A stretch of DNA of 64,000 nt from Candidatus Cloacimonadales bacterium (GCA_963677495.2 CAXXOU010000003.1:32001-96000); one strand, 5' to 3'; positions 1 to 10,442 are shown, counted from the stretch's first letter. Numbers and translations: made by a program. Notes: generated from the sequence alone by a model not told the origin.

Positions 1-32
1 ACAAAGCGAATTGCAATGACTTACAGCTAATT

Positions 33-126
33 CCTGTCACCAGTGCGAGTTTACGAGCTTGGGGAAATGGAATTATACTTCGAAGTCGCATTTCCCCAAG
101 CTCCTTTCAGTCGCACAGGTGACTGC
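33..126. repeat. Empty (non-autonomous) copy of the inverted arms flanking the RAYT gene
   Basis: CCTGTCACCAGTGCGAGTTTACGAGCTTGGGGAAATG...CATTTCCCCAAGCTC...GCACAGGTGACTGC; left arm matches the reverse complement of 45206-45243. Confidence 0.8.
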
Positions 127-144
127 TTCATAACTGCACACACA

Positions 145-431
145 AAAGATAAGTCAATACTAGAAATGTTAATCAACTAAAGCCATCAGAACGACCCATT
201 CGACTCCGTTCATTTCGTTTCACTTCATTCACTTCGCTCAGGGTGACATACACAGTGCCTTTTTCAATCACTTAGCTATATCTATTGCCCTTTTTACTCT
301 CTTTAACTCCCCTATCCATCAACGCACTGCGTTTGCACTGTGCACGCACTGTGAAGGCACTGTCAACCCACTGTTTCACTGAGTGCACAGTGCGTGCACA
401 GTGGGAAAGCAGTGGGATGACTGCGTTTTGA
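145..431. repeat. Composite dispersed repeat: REP-like module ending CGCTCAGGGTGACA plus 11-bp-phased CACTG/CAGTG array
   Basis: Direct copy at ~60102-60542; 145-248 also present inverted at 56957-57060. Confidence 0.85.
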
Positions 432-554
432 CTTATGGATTGCAGCAACTGCGTAGATGCAAGAATTATGCACCAGATAAATCCTAAGAAGAGCTGGTTG
501 AAACAAACAGGGACAAACAGATTGCATAAAAAATCAGCAAGCAACAAAAAAGAC

Positions 555-598
555 TTGACGTGAACATATGTTCATTTAAATATGTGAACATATGTTCA
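555..598 (+). promoter_or_regulatory. Promoter with two perfect palindromic operators TGAACATATGTTCA
   Basis: TTGACG at 555-560; identical 14-bp palindromes at 561-574 and 585-598 just upstream of the DUF134 gene. Confidence 0.8.
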
Positions 599-612
599 TA
601 AGAGGAGAGTGA

Positions 613-1116
613 ATGGATAGAACGAGAAAATGCAGAATGGTGAAGAACCCACCTAAACACAACCTTTTCAAACCTACTGGCGTAGCGATTAATGATTTGG
701 AAGTGATTAACCTGACAATTGATGAGTTTGAAGCAATCAGATTGGCAGATTTAGAGGGTTTAGACCAGCAGGAAGCATCAGAAAGAATGGGGATTTCCCG
801 TCCAACATTCACCCGTTTGATTCAAAAAGCCCGGCTTAAAGTAGCTACATTTTTAGTCGAGAGTAGGGGCTTGAATATTGAAGGTGGGAATATTCATTTT
901 AAGAAAGATATAGTAGAGTGCCTTGATTGTGGCACGAGAATAGAAATTGAGTTCGAAAATAAAGATGTCAAATGTCCAAATTGCGGAAGTACTAACTTTG
1001 CCAGCATAGCTGCGAAGTATGGTCATGGCAGATGTTGCAGGAATCGTAACCGTGGAGGGCAAATGCACGGTCATGGTCGTCATTGTGGGCAAGGACAAAA
1101 CAAGCAACCTAAGTAA
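613..1116 (+). CDS. DUF134 family HTH DNA-binding protein with Cys-rich C-terminus
   Basis: FKPTG...LTIDEFEAIRLADLEGLDQQEASERMGISRPTFTR...IEGG; two CxxC motifs. Confidence 0.9.
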   Translation: MDRTRKCRMVKNPPKHNLFKPTGVAINDLEVINLTIDEFEAIRLADLEGLDQQEASERMGISRPTFTRLIQKARLKVATFLVESRGLNIEGGNIHFKKDIVECLDCGTRIEIEFENKDVKCPNCGSTNFASIAAKYGHGRCCRNRNRGGQMHGHGRHCGQGQNKQPK

Positions 1117-1132
1117 CCTAATGGAGGAAACA

Positions 1133-1396
1133 ATGCCAAGAGGAGACAAAACAGGTCCTAACGGACAAGGTCCAATGACCGGAAGGCAAATGGGAAACTG
1201 TAATCCTAATGCCGGAACCGGACGTAGAACCTTTGGTTTTGGAAGACGCTGTGGTGGTGGAAGAGGTTATAGAAATGGATATGGTTATGCACCTATCTCA
1301 GAAGCTTCAGAAAAGAAAGCACTTGAAGCAGAAGTATCTATGCTTAAAGACCAATTAGCAGCAATGGAAAGCAAACTTAGTGAATTAACAAAGTAG
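1133..1396 (+). CDS. DUF5320 family Gly/Arg-rich protein
   Basis: MPRGDKTGPNGQGPMTGR...C, C-terminal coiled coil; start reassigned to ATG 1133 after GGAGG. Confidence 0.85.
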   Translation: MPRGDKTGPNGQGPMTGRQMGNCNPNAGTGRRTFGFGRRCGGGRGYRNGYGYAPISEASEKKALEAEVSMLKDQLAAMESKLSELTK

Positions 1397-1455
1397 TTAA
1401 CTAAATGAAAATGGGCAGGATCAACCCTGCCCAGACGAATTCGAAGGAAGTACCG

Positions 1456-1704
1456 ATGAATAGAAGAGAGTATAAACATCGAAACAAACGGATGAAAACA
1501 TCCGGGAATACACTGTCTGCCTTGTTAAGAGGGATTTCTCATACTGTAGCTTCCTTTATTGCTGTCGGAGTCGCAAATGACTTGCGAAAGGAGAATAGCA
1601 AAATCAGAAACACAATAAAGAAACTTTTAGAAAATAAAAACAAGACCAAAGTCGTAAAACCGAAATACAAGGTTTATGACATGAATGGTAAGGAGAAAAA
1701 ATGA
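1456..1704 (+). CDS. Small basic hypothetical protein
   Basis: AAGGAAG before ATG 1456; stop overlaps next start (ATGA). Confidence 0.55.
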   Translation: MNRREYKHRNKRMKTSGNTLSALLRGISHTVASFIAVGVANDLRKENSKIRNTIKKLLENKNKTKVVKPKYKVYDMNGKEKK

Positions 1705-2069
1705 ATAAGAAGATAGCAATTCCAACAACAGGCGGAAAACTCAGTGCACATTTCGGTCATTGCGAGAAATTCGCAATATTTGTAGTAGAAGACAGCAAAA
1801 TCGTTTCAAATGAAATGATTACTCCTCCCCCACATGAACCCGGTTCTCACCCTAAATTCCTCAGAGAATTAGGTTGTGATGTAATCATTGGTGGTGGTAT
1901 GGGCACAAGAGCACAGAACCTTTTTGCTCAAAACAATATTGAAGTTTTTATAGGTGTTCCTGATGTAGCTTTAGAAGAGCTTGTAAACACATACATTGCT
2001 AACGAGCTAAAATCAGGTGATAACCTTTGTGGTCATGAAGATGGTCATGATCATGAGTGCCAACACTAA
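1701..2069 (+). CDS. NifB/NifX family Fe-Mo cofactor-binding protein
   Basis: KIAIPT...SAHFGHCEKF...GGMGTRA; His/Cys tail. Confidence 0.9.
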   Translation: MNKKIAIPTTGGKLSAHFGHCEKFAIFVVEDSKIVSNEMITPPPHEPGSHPKFLRELGCDVIIGGGMGTRAQNLFAQNNIEVFIGVPDVALEELVNTYIANELKSGDNLCGHEDGHDHECQH

Positions 2070-2089
2070 ATCATTATAGAAGGCTTGAA

Positions 2090-2947
2090 ATGAAAATAGC
2101 TATTGCCAGCGGAAAAGGTGGAACTGGTAAAACCACTGTTTCAACTAATCTGGCACATTATCTAAGTAAAACACAACCTGTAGTCTTAGTTGACCTTGAT
2201 GTTGAAGAACCAAATTCTGCACTCTTCATCAAAGGGAATGAGACTAAGCATACAGATATGTTTAAGTTTATTCCGGAATGGGAATCTAGTAAATGTACGC
2301 TCTGTGGGGAATGTCAAGGGCATTGTAATTTTAATGCAATAATGAAGTTGGGAGAGACCATTATGGTCTTTCCTGAACTTTGTCATAGTTGTTATGCTTG
2401 TAGCGAGTTATGCCCTACAGCTTCATTACCAATGAAACCAACAAAGATGGGACAGATGAATTCAACAATCATTGATAACCTTTCTTTTATAGAAGGCAAA
2501 CTGGATATTGGACAAGAGCAAGCAGTTCCTCTAATTGCACAGGTGATGGGAACAGTTGAAGAGGTCTATGACAATGAAATTATCAGGCTTTTCGATTCTC
2601 CTCCGGGTACATCCTGTCCAGTTATTGAAGTAACAAAAGAAAGCGACTTTGTGTTACTTGTGACGGAACCAACACCTTTTGGATTTCATGACTTGAAATT
2701 AGCTGTTGAGACAATGGAAGAGATTGGTAAGAAATATGCAGTTATCATTAATCGTCATGGCATAGGATCAAACGAAGTCGAAGACTATTGTGAAGTGAAC
2801 AATATAGATATTGTAGCAAAGATACCAAATGACAGAGATATTGCTGTGCTTTATTCAGAAGGGAATTTGATTTATCCTAAACACAAAGGATTCTTGCAAG
2901 CTCTAATGGACATTGAAAAATATATCAATAGGCTGGAGGTAAACTAA
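2090..2947 (+). CDS. MinD/Mrp-like P-loop ATPase with inserted 4Fe-4S ferredoxin domain
   Basis: SGKGGTGKTT, DLDVEEPN, two CxxCxxC motifs, DSPPGTSCP; start at MKIAIAS. Confidence 0.9.
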   Translation: MKIAIASGKGGTGKTTVSTNLAHYLSKTQPVVLVDLDVEEPNSALFIKGNETKHTDMFKFIPEWESSKCTLCGECQGHCNFNAIMKLGETIMVFPELCHSCYACSELCPTASLPMKPTKMGQMNSTIIDNLSFIEGKLDIGQEQAVPLIAQVMGTVEEVYDNEIIRLFDSPPGTSCPVIEVTKESDFVLLVTEPTPFGFHDLKLAVETMEEIGKKYAVIINRHGIGSNEVEDYCEVNNIDIVAKIPNDRDIAVLYSEGNLIYPKHKGFLQALMDIEKYINRLEVN

Positions 2948-3825
2948 TGAAAGAATTGGTGATAATCTCCGGTAAAGGTGGAACAGGTAAAACTTCTATT
3001 ACTGCCTCTTTTGCTGTATTAGCCGGTAAACAAGCTGTAATTGCAGACTGCGATGTAGATGCCGCTGATATGCATCTCTTGCTTGAGCCTAATTGGCAGG
3101 AATCAGATGACTTCTATAGTGGTGTTGCTGCTGAAATAGATGCAGAGAAATGTATCAACTGTGGAAAGTGTAAAGCAATATGTCGTTTCAATGCAATCAC
3201 CGAGCAAGAAACTGCCCATGAAGTAATAAACCTTAACTGTGAGGGATGTGGCTATTGTGCAACTATATGCCCGACAAACGCGATAAAAATGATAGAACAG
3301 AATGTAGGTAAATGGTATAGTTCAAAAATTAAGACAGGCACAGAAATGATACATGCCAGATTACGTAGTGGTGCAGATAACTCGGGAAAGCTCGTAGCTA
3401 AGGTGAAGAAAGAAGCAAAAGCTAAAGCTGAAGAGCTGAAAGTACCTTATGTAATAGTTGATGGATCACCCGGAATCGGATGCCCGGTCGTCTCATCATT
3501 ATCAGGAGCGGATTATGTGCTCTTTATTACAGAGCCAACAGTATCTGGTGTACATGATTTGGAACGGGTACATGCTCTTGTTAAGAAGTTTGGAATTAGA
3601 TCAGGTTGCATGATAAACAAAGCTGACTTAAATGGTGAGATTAGTGGGGACATAATCACATTCTTAAATCGTAACTTAATTGATCATCTTGGAAACATCC
3701 CTTATGATGAAAGCTTCACAAAAGCTATGACTGAGGGGAAAACTATAGTAGAGTTGAAAGACTCAATGCTTGCAGAAATGCTTAGTGCAAGCTGGAAAAC
3801 ATTAAAAGAGAAATTGGAGAAATAA
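2947..3825 (+). CDS. Second MinD-like ATPase with 4Fe-4S domain
   Basis: SGKGGTGKTS, DCDVDAAD, CINCGKC, CEGCGYC, DGSPGIGCP. Confidence 0.9.
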   Translation: MKELVIISGKGGTGKTSITASFAVLAGKQAVIADCDVDAADMHLLLEPNWQESDDFYSGVAAEIDAEKCINCGKCKAICRFNAITEQETAHEVINLNCEGCGYCATICPTNAIKMIEQNVGKWYSSKIKTGTEMIHARLRSGADNSGKLVAKVKKEAKAKAEELKVPYVIVDGSPGIGCPVVSSLSGADYVLFITEPTVSGVHDLERVHALVKKFGIRSGCMINKADLNGEISGDIITFLNRNLIDHLGNIPYDESFTKAMTEGKTIVELKDSMLAEMLSASWKTLKEKLEK

Positions 3826-4163
3826 TGAAGATAGCTTTTACTGCTAAGGGAGAAAGCTGGGATTCAGCAATAGACCCTAGATTTGGTAGAACTGAATATA
3901 TCGTAGTTTTTGATGAAGAAACGAAAGAACTCACAACAGTAGATAATCGTAGCATTGCTCAAGTAGAGCATGGTGCAGGTCCTAAAACTGCTCAGTTAAT
4001 ATTCGATGTAAACCCTGATATACTTATAACAGGAAACGGTCCTGGTGGAAACGCAGCTAGTGTGCTTGCTAAAGCCAATCTTAAGGTTTATGTAGGTGCT
4101 GGAGAGATGAATCTTAAAGATGCTTATCAAGCTTATAAAGATGGTAATCTTAAAGAGGGATAG
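3825..4163 (+). CDS. NifB/NifX family protein
   Basis: IDPRFGR...HGAG...LITGNGPGGNA. Confidence 0.9.
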   Translation: MKIAFTAKGESWDSAIDPRFGRTEYIVVFDEETKELTTVDNRSIAQVEHGAGPKTAQLIFDVNPDILITGNGPGGNAASVLAKANLKVYVGAGEMNLKDAYQAYKDGNLKEG

Positions 4164-4168
4164 AATAG

Positions 4169-5362
4169 ATGGGAAACAGGATTGATGTTGAGAAAACTGA
4201 TGAAGCTACAAGTAAAAGTTCCTTCCATTATGGGACAGTACTGACTGTATCTTTCGCTCATTTGTCCCATGACTTGTACTCATCTTTCTTAGCACCAATC
4301 CTCCCCCTCCTAATTTCTAAGTTCGGCATTCCATTGTCCGGAGCCAGTCTATTAGATGTGGTAAGGAAGCTACCATCTATATTCAACCCTCTAATTGGCT
4401 TATTGGCAGATAAAGTTAGCGTTAAATGGTTCATCATTATAGCTCCAACTTTAACTGCTCTAACCATGAGTTTGTTAGGAGTAGCCCCGGGTTATCCGAT
4501 AATCCTGCTATTGTTGTTAGTAGCCGGTATTAGTAATTCCATGTTTCATGTTCCTTCCCCAGTTATCATTAAAGAGGTTGCCGGAAGGGAGATAGGAAAA
4601 GGGATGAGCTATTACATGCTTGGTGGTGAACTGGCAAGGAGCTTAGGTCCGTTATTGATAACAACGGCAGTATCGATTTGGGGATTAGAGGGCTCATGGC
4701 GTGTAATGCCTATCGGGTTTGTTGCTTCCATCATACTATATTTTAGACTTAGAAACATCAAGGCCTCTCATATAGGGAAAAAACAGGAAAAGGCATCAGG
4801 AACAATGAAGAAGTTCTACAAATTCTTCTTTCTTATAGGCGGATTGGCTTTCTTTAGAGGTTTAATGCACATATCCTTAACCTTGTTCCTCCCAACATAT
4901 CTAACTCAAAATGGAGCTTCTCTATGGCTATCCGGAGTAGCAATCTCCATTCTCCAGTTAGCGGGAGCAGTTGGAACATTCTTTGCAGGCTCATTATCTG
5001 ATAAATATGGGAGAGAGAGAATATTACTTATAACATCAATTCTCAATCCTATCCTGATGTTTATCTTCATAATAAGTAATACTGTAGCTAAACTACCTGT
5101 CCTAATACTGATAGGATTCTCATTGTTTGCTACCGGTCCTATATTGTTAGCAATGGTTCAGTCAACGAAGAATGATCGCCCTTCCCTAATGAATGGAGTC
5201 TACATGGCCTTGAACTTCGGAATTAGCTCATTAGTTTCAATTCTGATAGGTGTTTCAGGTGACATGATAGGACTAGATAGAACATATGCGATTACTATCT
5301 TTGCAGCATTCTTAACTATCCCCTTCATATTTGGGCTAAAGAGCCACATTAAAAAGATTTAG
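4169..5362 (+). CDS. MFS transporter (Fsr-like)
   Basis: About 12 hydrophobic segments; HLSHDLY, GLLADK, FHVPS, GSLSDKYGR. Confidence 0.85.
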   Translation: MGNRIDVEKTDEATSKSSFHYGTVLTVSFAHLSHDLYSSFLAPILPLLISKFGIPLSGASLLDVVRKLPSIFNPLIGLLADKVSVKWFIIIAPTLTALTMSLLGVAPGYPIILLLLLVAGISNSMFHVPSPVIIKEVAGREIGKGMSYYMLGGELARSLGPLLITTAVSIWGLEGSWRVMPIGFVASIILYFRLRNIKASHIGKKQEKASGTMKKFYKFFFLIGGLAFFRGLMHISLTLFLPTYLTQNGASLWLSGVAISILQLAGAVGTFFAGSLSDKYGRERILLITSILNPILMFIFIISNTVAKLPVLILIGFSLFATGPILLAMVQSTKNDRPSLMNGVYMALNFGISSLVSILIGVSGDMIGLDRTYAITIFAAFLTIPFIFGLKSHIKKI

Positions 5363-5455
5363 CTTTTCCTAGTTGACAGATTGCAAAAGATATTATAATA
5401 ATGATAACTGATTGAGATTAAGTCAAAATCAGTAACTACAGCTTATTGGGGTAAT

Positions 5456-7924
5456 ATGAGTCGTATATATGAAACAAAGACAGTAAGATTTACTGTTATC
5501 ACTTCTAGATTAATAAGGATTGAGTGGTCTGAAACAGGGGAATTTGAGAATTATAGTAGCCAAGTAATGCTTGACCGTACACAGGATGATTGCAACTGCC
5601 ATTATTTACATAATGAAAAAATCTTAACTTTAACAACAAAATATCTTCATCTTGAATATAACGCAATCGGTGAAAAGATCTCCAAAAAAAATCTTAAGAT
5701 ATCTTACAATTTAGATGATAAGGAGTTTGTTTGGAAACCGGGCAAAGCTGATGCACACAATCTAAAAGGCACAACTAGAACTTTGGATGATACAAATGGA
5801 GAAGAGCTTGAACTAGAGCCCGGCCTTATTTCTAGAGATGGGTGGGTATTGTATGATGATAGTGATTCATTAGTTTTTAATGATGACGGTTGGCTTCAGA
5901 AAAGAAAAAATCCAGATAATATTGACTGGTATTTCTTCGGACATGGCCATGATTATAAGGCTGCACTTCGAGATTTTACTAGGGTAGCAGGAAAAATACC
6001 TATACCACCAAAGTTTGCTTTTGGTTACTGGTGGTCCCGTTATTGGAACTACACTGATTCTGAGTTAAGGAAACTCGTAAATGATTTCAAAAGATTCGAT
6101 ATTCCTGTTGATGTACTTATTATTGACATGGATTGGCACAAGACTTATGGGCTTAGCAAGCATACTAAGGACTATGCCCCCGATGGATCATTAGTAGGTT
6201 GGACAGGTTACACTTGGGACAACAACCTCTTCCCTACTCGCCAAAAGCTTCTATCTGATCTTCATTTACAAGGACTTAAAGTAGCCTTGAACTTACATCC
6301 TGCTTCCGGTATTGCACCTATGGAAGCATGTTACAAAGCTTTCATAGATGAATATGATTGTTCAGATGAAACGGGATATATCCCATTTAGAATGGCTGAT
6401 AAACGTTGGAAAGACACATATTTCAAAACAGTTATAAAACCTTTGGAAAAAGATGGTATTGATTTCTGGTGGCTTGACTGGCAACAGTATCAAACTAGCA
6501 ATGTACTTGAGGGTTTAAACAACACTTGGTGGCTTAATCATATATTCTTCACAGAGATGGAGATAACAGGAAAGAGACCTATCCTCTTTCACCGTTGGGG
6601 TGGTCTTGGGAACCATAGATATCAAGTAGGCTTTTCAGGGGATACCCGGGCAAGTTGGGAATCACTCAGATATCAACCGTACTTCACTGCTACCGCTGCA
6701 AATGTCGGTTACGGTTACTGGAGTCATGACTTAGGTGGGCACTTCCCAAATGGTGAAAGTACAGATCCGGAACTATATTTGCGTTGGGTACAGTTTGGTG
6801 TTCTTAGTCCTATTGTTAGAACACACTCAACCAAAGCTGCCAACATTGAGAGAAGATTCTGGATGTTCCCAGAACACTATGATAATTTCAAAGCAGCAAT
6901 ACATCTTAGATATGAGCTAATTCCATATATTTATTTGTGTGCAAGAGTTGCTCATGAAACAGGGCTCTCAATCTGTCGCCCCATGTACTATGAATATCCT
7001 AATTTGGATGAGGCTTATAAGTACAAGAGTCAATACTTCTTTGGGCAAAGCATCATAGCTGCACCAATAACTGACCCAATAGATAAAGATACACAACTAA
7101 TCGAAAAGGAAGTTTGGTTACCGGAAGGTTACTGGTACGAATGGACTACAGGACGTTACCTTAGAGGAGAAAGAGTTATCAAGCATTCCTATTCAATTGA
7201 TGAAGTTCCCATGTTTGTAAAAGCTGGAGCAATAATCCCTGCAAGAAATATGATAGCTAACTCCACAAATACAGAAAGCGATATAAAGTTCAAAGTTTTC
7301 CCTGGTGAAGAAGGTGAATGTCTCTTTTACGATGATGATGGGAAAACAACTGACTATCTATTAGGTCGTTATGCCAAAGTTGCTCTCAAAGGGAAACGAA
7401 GTAATAACAAATATACTTTAGAGATAAATCATGCTGTTGGTGATTACCATCCCAAAAACTTACATCGTAATGTTACTATTGAATACGTCAATACTCTTCC
7501 ACCAATCCACATCTCGATTAGTACAAGACAAAAAGTTGAAATTGACTATATTGCAGAAGAACTGACCACAAGAGTTTCGTTCGTGAAGGATTGTAATGTA
7601 TCGTTGTATGTTGATGCGGAGTTCCCGAATTTAGACCCAGAACTCCTTAATGGACATAAACGCCTTTTCAATAGATTCAACAAAGCATGTGAAAAGCTCA
7701 AGTATGAAGTAGCAAAAGATGATTGGAGCGGTACAATACCAGACTCTGTACACCTTTTCCAGCAAACTCTTCAAAGAGTATCATACAACAAAGAGCGTGC
7801 TGCAATCGAACTTAGTAAACTTAATGAAAAACTGGAAGAAGTATATAAAGACTTGGAAAATCATCCCTCCATAAGCACTGACTTCCTATCATGGTTTAAA
7901 AACTTTACAATCTTGCAGGATTAA
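5456..7924 (+). CDS. Glycoside hydrolase family 31
   Basis: GYWWSRY, IIDMDWH, FWWLDWQQ, FSGDT, WSHDLGG, ELYLRWVQFG, ICRPMYYEYP. Confidence 0.92.
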   Translation: MSRIYETKTVRFTVITSRLIRIEWSETGEFENYSSQVMLDRTQDDCNCHYLHNEKILTLTTKYLHLEYNAIGEKISKKNLKISYNLDDKEFVWKPGKADAHNLKGTTRTLDDTNGEELELEPGLISRDGWVLYDDSDSLVFNDDGWLQKRKNPDNIDWYFFGHGHDYKAALRDFTRVAGKIPIPPKFAFGYWWSRYWNYTDSELRKLVNDFKRFDIPVDVLIIDMDWHKTYGLSKHTKDYAPDGSLVGWTGYTWDNNLFPTRQKLLSDLHLQGLKVALNLHPASGIAPMEACYKAFIDEYDCSDETGYIPFRMADKRWKDTYFKTVIKPLEKDGIDFWWLDWQQYQTSNVLEGLNNTWWLNHIFFTEMEITGKRPILFHRWGGLGNHRYQVGFSGDTRASWESLRYQPYFTATAANVGYGYWSHDLGGHFPNGESTDPELYLRWVQFGVLSPIVRTHSTKAANIERRFWMFPEHYDNFKAAIHLRYELIPYIYLCARVAHETGLSICRPMYYEYPNLDEAYKYKSQYFFGQSIIAAPITDPIDKDTQLIEKEVWLPEGYWYEWTTGRYLRGERVIKHSYSIDEVPMFVKAGAIIPARNMIANSTNTESDIKFKVFPGEEGECLFYDDDGKTTDYLLGRYAKVALKGKRSNNKYTLEINHAVGDYHPKNLHRNVTIEYVNTLPPIHISISTRQKVEIDYIAEELTTRVSFVKDCNVSLYVDAEFPNLDPELLNGHKRLFNRFNKACEKLKYEVAKDDWSGTIPDSVHLFQQTLQRVSYNKERAAIELSKLNEKLEEVYKDLENHPSISTDFLSWFKNFTILQD

Positions 7925-7935
7925 AAAACTATTGA

Positions 7936-7976
7936 CTTAAGGTACCTACTATTTACAGTTCAGTAGATACCTTAAG
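7936..7976. promoter_or_regulatory. 15-bp inverted repeat overlapping promoter and RBS
   Basis: CTTAAGGTACCTACT-N11-AGTAGATACCTTAAG; TTGACT at 7932; right arm runs into TAAGGAG. Confidence 0.6.
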
Positions 7977-7984
7977 GAGTAATT

Positions 7985-8461
7985 ATGATTAAGAGATTGA
8001 TATATACATCTATTTTATGCTTGTTAGTTGTATCACTAATAGCTGACATTTTTCCATCCGGATTCGGTGGCAATCCAAATCCCTTTGCCAATTTCAATAA
8101 CAACAACAGTTCTTTGTTGAATGTTGAGAACCTGGATATGGGGCATACTGTATCTTTTATGGCTGGTGGAAGTAGTAACTCGCAAGGGTTCTATCAATCT
8201 ATGTATACTAATCACATGTTCTATACGATTAATGATAAGTGGAAATTTAATCTTGACCTGAACTTTGTGAATTATGGTACTGCTACCATAAAAGATGACT
8301 TTGATATTGAAGGCAATAACGATAACCGCTCAAACGTCGTTCCCTCTTTCAATATGCAATATAAACCTAATGAAGATACCACTATTGAGTTTCATTTTCA
8401 GTATGGTGGTTACCGGAACAATGGCTTCTGGAATAGATATGATGAGAGGTATAATAATTGA
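7985..8461 (+). CDS. Secreted hypothetical protein
   Basis: Signal peptide, beta-rich body, strong RBS. Confidence 0.7.
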   Translation: MIKRLIYTSILCLLVVSLIADIFPSGFGGNPNPFANFNNNNSSLLNVENLDMGHTVSFMAGGSSNSQGFYQSMYTNHMFYTINDKWKFNLDLNFVNYGTATIKDDFDIEGNNDNRSNVVPSFNMQYKPNEDTTIEFHFQYGGYRNNGFWNRYDERYNN

Positions 8462-9234
8462 ACCCGTATGATTTACCATTAATTGTTGGTTTAATAGTTT
8501 TTGGAGCTGCTTTTGGCAGCTTTTTTAATGTTTTAGTTTATCGTTTACCAAGGAAAGAATCGATCGTCTTTCCCGGTTCACATTGTCCGGCTTGCCAAAG
8601 AAAGATTCCTATTTGGCTTAATATACCAATCTTAAGTTGGATAATACTAGGTGGAAAATGCAAGTATTGTAAAACAAAAATTCATTGGCACTATCTGATA
8701 CTAGAGATTCTAACTCCGCTTGTTTTCTTAGGGGTTTACTTTGCATTTGGGTCAAGTAATCTGTTCTTAATCTTCAAATACTGCCTATTTTTTGGTTTAG
8801 GATTAGTAATATTCTTCATCGACCTCTTTGAAAGAATCATTCCGGATGTAATAAGCTTGCCACTAATTGCTTTAGGTTTACTCTTTTCTTTCATACCCGG
8901 TAATGATATTACATGGAAGATGTCTCTTCTTGGAGGAGCAATTACATTTGGATTCTTCTACCTTATAGGCTTATGGTATTACTTCACCCGTAAGAAAGAA
9001 GGCATGGGTGGCGGTGATGTTAAATACATCGCAGCAATTGGTACATTCTTTGGTCCAATGAACAGCTTGTTCGTGATAATTGTATCTTGTGCAATAGCAT
9101 TGGTAGTGATGCTACCACTGCTTAGGTTCAAAAAGGAATACTTCCCGTTTGGACCATTCCTCGTCATTGGAGCTTATATCGTGATGCTCTTTCATGACAC
9201 CTTTTTCTCTGCAATTAATTATATTACATATTAG
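8458..9234 (+). CDS. pilD: Prepilin peptidase / N-methyltransferase (A24)
   Basis: GSFFNVLVYRLP, SHCPAC, GGKCKYC, FIDL, GMGGGDVK, PFGPFL. Confidence 0.9.
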   Translation: MNPYDLPLIVGLIVFGAAFGSFFNVLVYRLPRKESIVFPGSHCPACQRKIPIWLNIPILSWIILGGKCKYCKTKIHWHYLILEILTPLVFLGVYFAFGSSNLFLIFKYCLFFGLGLVIFFIDLFERIIPDVISLPLIALGLLFSFIPGNDITWKMSLLGGAITFGFFYLIGLWYYFTRKKEGMGGGDVKYIAAIGTFFGPMNSLFVIIVSCAIALVVMLPLLRFKKEYFPFGPFLVIGAYIVMLFHDTFFSAINYITY

Positions 9235-9243
9235 GAATTTATA

Positions 9244-10266
9244 ATGGCAAATTACACTTTCGGGAGTGATAACCACTCCCCTGTTCACCCACGTATCTTT
9301 GAATATCTTCAAGAAATTAACCACGGTGACGACAAGGCTTATGGCTATGATAAACTTACTGCTAAAGCTGAAGAACTCTTTAGAAAAGAGTTTGGAGCAA
9401 AAACAGAAGTCTTTTTCGTGTTTAACGGCACTGGTGCAAACATACTTTCAATTAGATCGTTCTTACAACCATTCCAAGCTGTTATCTGTGCTGATACTGC
9501 CCACATCAATTGTGATGAATGTGGTGCTCCGGAATTCATTAGTGGAGTTAAACTATTAACTCTACCTAATCAGAATGGTAAACTCACCCCAGAACTGATC
9601 GCTTCACGTTTGCATGATAGAGGTGATGAGCATCATAATGATCCTGCTCTCGTTTCAATCACTCAATCCACCGAGCTGGGAACTGTGTATTCTGTTGAAG
9701 AGCTTAATACACTTACAAAGTTCTGTCACAAACATAATCTTCTTGTTCATATGGATGGAGCACGTATTGCCAATGCAGCAACGACTCTCAACTGCACATT
9801 TAAAGAGATCACAACAGATGTTGGAATTGATGTACTAAGCTTTGGTGGAACGAAGAATGGTCTTATGATGGCAGAAGCTGTTGTTTTTCTCAACCAGTCA
9901 TCACCGAAATGGATTAAGCACCTTAGGAAGCAGAATATGCAGTTAATGTCTAAAATGAGATATCTTTCTGCTCAGTTCATACCTTACTTTGAAGAGAAGT
10001 TATGGCACTCAAATGCTCTAAAAGCAAATCATTCTGCAAAGATCTTGAGAACTAAACTTCAAGGAATCGGTATCAAGATTACACGTCCAACAGATGTGAA
10101 TGCTGTTTTTTGCAAGATACCTAAAGCAATGAAAAAACTCGTCTTACCTCATTACTTCTTCTACACATGGGATGAGAATACTGATGAAGTTAGATTAATG
10201 TGTTCCTTCACAACAAAAGAGAGCGACATAGATAAGCTTATAGAGCTTCTAAAGCAATTCAAATAA
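9244..10266 (+). CDS. ltaE: Low-specificity L-threonine aldolase
   Basis: FGSDN, NGTGAN, HINCDECGAPE, HMDGAR, GGTKNG. Confidence 0.9.
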   Translation: MANYTFGSDNHSPVHPRIFEYLQEINHGDDKAYGYDKLTAKAEELFRKEFGAKTEVFFVFNGTGANILSIRSFLQPFQAVICADTAHINCDECGAPEFISGVKLLTLPNQNGKLTPELIASRLHDRGDEHHNDPALVSITQSTELGTVYSVEELNTLTKFCHKHNLLVHMDGARIANAATTLNCTFKEITTDVGIDVLSFGGTKNGLMMAEAVVFLNQSSPKWIKHLRKQNMQLMSKMRYLSAQFIPYFEEKLWHSNALKANHSAKILRTKLQGIGIKITRPTDVNAVFCKIPKAMKKLVLPHYFFYTWDENTDEVRLMCSFTTKESDIDKLIELLKQFK

Positions 10267-10285
10267 GAATTTACCTTATATAAGA

Positions 10286-10321
10286 AAGTTGAGGGGTTAC
10301 CGGGAGGTAACCCCTCAACTT
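10286..10321. terminator. Strong hairpin after ltaE
   Basis: AAGTTGAGGGGTTACC-GGGA-GGTAACCCCTCAACTT, perfect 16-bp stem. Confidence 0.75.
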
Positions 10322-10442
10322 GTGAGGGCATTTATGTAGGGTATGTAGGGATCACTAAAAACACATAAATATAATAACTGGAAAAATAGCCTAGGCAAAA
10401 AAAATAGTTTGACTTATTCATAAATCCTCACATTGTTTAGTC

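Noticed and set aside
272..547. 91-aa minus-strand ORF
   Set aside because: Translation of the 11-bp phased repeat; no protein-like features.
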